NCBI RefSeq assembly: GCF_009914755.1
Contig: NC_060945.1
Source: the human T2T-CHM13v2.0 reference genome, Homo sapiens
Strand: one strand, 5' to 3'
DNA length: 64,000 nucleotides
The position numbers and the translations under genes were made by a program. The notes beneath the pieces were generated by a model that searched no databases, had not been told where the DNA came from, and saw only the letters and a list, made by a program, of their open reading frames with translations. The stretch's first letter is position 1; every line of letters begins with the position of its first letter. Below are positions 59,162 to 64,000 of this stretch, piece after piece.

Positions 59162-59345
59162 CAGTGGTTCTCAAACTTTAGCAAGCTTCAGATTTCTCTG
59201 GAGGACTCGTTACAGATGGCTGGGTCACATCCCCAGGCGCTCGAAGTGCCTGATCTAGTTGCCTGTGATGAGGCCTGGGAATTTGCATTTCTAACAAGTT
59301 CCCGGGTGCTGCTGGCTCAAGGACCCCACTTGGAGAACCAGAGCG
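59162..59345. mobile_element. MER5A
   Basis: cagtggttctcaaac...aatttgcatttctaacaagttccc...ttggagaacca. Confidence 0.88.
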
Positions 59346-59401
59346 CTAAGGGTCCTCGGTGGCCCAGCAGGACCCCTGCAGATGCCTAAGGCAGATCAGT
59401 G

Positions 59402-59575
59402 CTCAGTGGCTAGGAGCGCAGACTGGAGCTGGCCTCCCTGGGCTCAAATTCTGACCAGGGGCAAGTGACTGAAACTCTCCACTCAGTGTCTCCATCTGCA
59501 GTAGGGATAGTGACAAGGTTCTGGGGGTGAAGAGAAAGAGAGTGTCTGGAAGGCACTGAGAGCAGTCCCAGCTCA
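59402..59575 (+). mobile_element. MIR
   Basis: agtggctaggagcgcagact...ctcagtgtctccatctg. Confidence 0.7.
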
Positions 59576-61360
59576 TTATTTGGGCCGCATCAATGCAGCC
59601 TATTGTCATTCTTGTTTTGCTCACAGGGAAAGAGAAATTTAGGGGGTGAAAATTAGGCCCAAGCTGGCCAGAAGCCCATCGGAGCCTAGACTCCTTGTCT
59701 TCTCACTCCGGTGGCATTACCTTTCCACTCTCCAGGCCACCTCCTTTTGGTGTCTTGGTCACGTAGCTGCTTTCATCAGCCCCTGAGGAAATGTGGGGTC
59801 CATCCAGAAGAACATGGAAGATGTCTGTAGATGCCACCCCAGGCTTCACCCAGTGCTTTCACTGGGAAGAAAGAACACAGGGTGGGAGTTTGTCGCCAGC
59901 TCTTGCATTTCCCACCCGCATCTCTCAGGGCCTTTCTTTCCTTGTGTGAGGATAACAGTGGTGCCTACCTCTGAGGTTTCTGGAAGGATTACATTTGACG
60001 AAATATGATCAAGCCCCTAGCAAAGTGTAAGGCACAGAGTCCGCCCTCTGTAGAGCCTCGTTGTCACCACGGCTGACACGGGTGTCCTCTGGTCTCCTAG
60101 GATCAGGCCAGGTTTCCTTATCTCCGCAAGAAGTCTTCTGGTGCATGGGCCCAGCTGTCAAAACAGATGGTTTTGCTGTTTCCTTCATTCATGCAAACTA
60201 TTAAAAATAAATCCAGGAGTGACTGCATGGAGGCGTGGCAGCTCTGCGGTTCTGCCAGGGGCTGGGTGTCCCCAGCTGTCCCCGCCTCATGACATCTCCT
60301 CCCCGCCCCCTCTGTTACCCTTTGATCCCCGTCTACACAGCACAACTCACATTTTCTCTATTATTTTATACCATTCCCGTTAGTTTTAATCCTGTGGTCC
60401 TAGATTTGTATTTACATTTTTTTCTGATTATTGGACACCATTTTGTCCAAAGCCCTGCCCTCTGGCTTTCATGAGTAACAGTGAAACCAGATCGAAAAAC
60501 TTGAGAAAATTGAAAAATTCTTTCCTTTGAACCACACTTTTAGGGAAAAAAGGCAAAGCATAAGAATAAAAAAAAGCTAATAAAAATTAAGAGACATTGT
60601 TAATTTATTTGAAGACCTTTGAGGGCCTGTCTTCACACCACCTCCACCTCACTATCACCAGGAACTGTGACTGATGTCATTGAAACATGGCCAGGACTTT
60701 GTATGCAGGTGTATTTAGGTTTGTGGGGTCCAAAACATATGATTCTGGGGGCCCACTTTAATAATAGGAAATTATGAATATGAAGTTAGGTATAAAAGTG
60801 ACTATCTATTTAGAAGAGACACCAATCACCATCAATTATAAATTTAATAACACACACATAAAAGGATCCAGAAAAGTAACCTAGTATTTTATTTATATTA
60901 ACTAACTATATTTTTTTTGGGGGGTGGGGGATACCTATTCTTTGCTCTCCTCTTCATTTGATGAAATTTTTAAAATTTTCTAAAAAAGAGAATGGATTGG
61001 TAATCTGGTCTTTCCCCTGGCATCTGGAATCAATATTTATTTATTATCGACAGGTGAGACATTATTTATTTATTTATTTTAGCCTCACAGCTCATTATTG
61101 GTAATGATGTCATGCAAAGTTTTAGAATTGTTGTTAAAATTGGGAAGACCTCTATCAAGTTTCTTTCACACATGGGCTTTAAGTGTTCAAGGCATTTCAT
61201 GTTTTCTTGACTATGCTTAAGTAGTCTTTGAACCAACATTTCCTCATTATCCAGATGGTCACGAATGCCTATATTATGAGTTTTTCATGATCAGTGTCAG
61301 TATTCAGTGCCACAAAAGCAAAAAATTGGAATCTTATTTCAATGTGTTCCTATGATTCAC

Positions 61361-61665
61361 TTTTTTTTTTTTTTTTTTTTCAGACAGGGTCTTGTGCTGT
61401 TGCCCAGGCTGCAGTACAGTGGTATGAACATGGCTCACTGTGGCTTCAACTACCCAGGCTCAAGCAATCCTCCCACCTCAGCCTCCCATGTAGCTGGGAC
61501 TACAGGTGCGCACCACCACACCCAGCTACTTTTTTGATTTTTTTTGTAGAGACAGGGGTCTCACTATGTTGCCCAGGCTGGTCTCAAACTCCTGGGCTCA
61601 GCAATCCTCCTGCCTTGGCCTCCTAAAGTGCTGGGATTATGGGAGTGAGCCACTGCACCTAGCCC
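61361..61665 (-). mobile_element. AluJ
   Basis: polyT plus reverse dimer. Confidence 0.93.
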
Positions 61666-62054
61666 ACTTCTTATTATTAATTGGATATCAAATCATTCAA
61701 GAAACTATTTATTATTTCTATTAGAAATTTATCTTCCTATTAATGATTTACTGCTTTTGGTGTAAACTTTTTTGTTATTGAAGTTCCTTTTTTAATATAG
61801 AAATAATTTCTGTTGTTTCATTATTCATCATTATAGCTTTTAAAATATTCTATTTTTTTCTTTTAACCCTTTAACAAATTTTAAATTGTCAAAAAGTTAC
61901 TTTTTATGCATGTCTACATAAAGAGTCTGTAATTTCTCCCATGTTTTATCGAAACATTCCAAAACATCTTTTCAAATCACAGTTAAATTAACATATTCAA
62001 GCTTCGTCAACATTTTGAGTAAATTTTTTTTGGCATTCCTGTTGTGTTTGGGTT

Positions 62055-62334
62055 TCTCTCTCCCTCTGTCATGCAGGCTGGAGTGCAGTGGTGCAATCAT
62101 ACTTTACTGCAGCTTTGAAATCTTGGGCTCAAGTGATTGCCTTTCCTCAGCCTCCTGAGCAGGTGAGACCACAGGCATGTACCACTCTACCTGGCTATAT
62201 ATATATTTTTTTTTTGGTAGAGATAGGTGCTGTTATGTTGCCCAGGCTGGTCTTGAACTCTTGGCTTCAAGTGGTCTTCTACCTTGGCCCCCAAAAATGT
62301 TGAGATCATAGGCACCCGTCACCACACCTGGCCC
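62055..62334 (-). mobile_element. AluJ (diverged)
   Basis: Reverse dimer. Confidence 0.88.
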
Positions 62335-63425
62335 TCTCTTGAATCTGTAATAACATATACTAGAATCCTCATAATACTATTATAACCATGTTTCAAAGGT
62401 TGGAGAGGTTTATAAGGACATCTCTGTAATTAGACCCATCAAAGAAAAATCCAGTTGATATGTGTGCTTAAAATACTCCATCAATGAACCTGAACTGCCC
62501 CCCCTGCCACATATAACTATTGCAGAATATCAGGGTAGTTAAAACTTTAGGTCCTGTGTAGGCAGATACTTTTCCTATGAGTCAAAGAAATGAGATGTTC
62601 AATGCCCATATATTGTGATATTTGTGTCACCAAGCTGGGTGAATTGGAAGAGTGTGTAGGAAGAGTATTCCTAGAGGTCATTTCTACACTAGACTAGCTG
62701 GTGATAAGTTCATGTGGAAGTAATTGTGAAGCACATACATTTATCCTGTTAAACCCAAACTAAACTTAATCCCACCCCTGAGCCAGAACACAAAAATCAC
62801 GGCAGCCACTCCAGTTCCACCAGTCATGAGGGGAAGTGTGATAGAGGGAAACTGAAGTAGGTGGAGACAGTGGTCTAATTCTTGAATCTGTGTATTGATG
62901 TCATTCATCAGTTTTGGGAAAAAATTTCAGCTAGCATCACTGCAAATATTTATTCTGACCTATTTTGTCTCTCTTCTTCTCTGGGACTTCAATTACATGT
63001 GTATTAGACCATTTGGTATTACCTTACATTTCTCTCACCCTCTGCTTTTTAAAAAATACTTTTTTCTTTCTATGCTTCAATTTAGAGAATTTCTACTGAG
63101 AATTTCAAGTTTACCAAAGCTTTATTTTGTTCATTCTGCTATTAAGCCCGCCCACTGAATTCTCTACGTTGGTATTGTGTTTTTTAGTTCTACAATTTCC
63201 ATTTGGTTCTTTTTTGGGGTTTTGATTTCTTTGCTAAAATTCTTTATATTTTCACCCATTTTGCCCATATTTCCCTCTAAAAATGTCACCATATGTATTA
63301 ATTAGTTTAAAATCTTTAGTTGCTAATGCCAACTCTGGGTCATCTGTGGGCCTGTTTCTACTGACTGCTTTTTCTTTTGATTATGGGTCATACTTCCCAG
63401 TTTATATGCATGGCTTGTAGTTTTT

Positions 63426-63713
<288 letters not shown>

Positions 63714-64000
63714 TGGCTTGTAGTTTTTTTATTGAATGCTGCAGTTTATGTATACCATAGCAGTGGAGACTGAAAGAAGGTACTAATTTTTCTAGGAAGT
63801 GCTTGCCCTTTTGTGTGTCAGGTATCTTGGATTAGGATCTGATCTCTTCAATCTAATAATTAGTTGAGCTGAATTAGAGTTGAGGTTGCCACTCCAGTTG
63901 ATTTAGTTCACCTCTGGTTTCAAATATCTTGAGTGTGAGATCACCCTCTCTCCAGGAAGGCTATGAAATCTAAGCACCATGACACCACAACATTTCTCTC

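Larger units (their letters stand above)
60708..62880 (-). mobile_element. Zaphod-like hAT-Tip100 DNA transposon fossil (with AluJ inserts)
   Basis: End resembles Zaphod/MER115; minus strand around 61085-61165 reads NLIEVFPILTTILK..LPIMSCEA, a hAT dimerisation-domain remnant. Confidence 0.75.

Overview
Primate (human-like) genomic DNA, not prokaryotic. The window is dominated by interspersed repeats: about 35 Alu or Alu fragments (J, S and Y types), L1 and L2 fragments, MIRs, MaLR/ERV1/ERVL solo LTRs, and DNA-transposon fossils. The fossils include a near-complete Cheshire-like hAT element, a Zaphod-like hAT element, MER85, Tigger and MER5. No complete protein-coding gene, RNA gene or CRISPR array is supported, and almost all listed ORFs are repeat-derived or chance. 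Non-repeat signals are a splice-site-bounded exon at 808-1052 (gene not recognised), a CpG-island promoter at about 47.8-48.8 kb with twin CACGTGAC boxes and an RFX X-box, a few candidate + strand exons, and several transcription-factor motif clusters. The most unusual items are molecular scars: an Alu-L1 chimera within one TSD, a 5'-inverted L1 with a large deletion that hosts an LTR carrying a p53-like site, a 31-bp templated copy 2.7 kb from its source, and deeply nested elements. I do not see evidence for a wholly new biological system. Repeat family names come from recall of consensus sequences, and boundaries are approximate unless TSDs are quoted.
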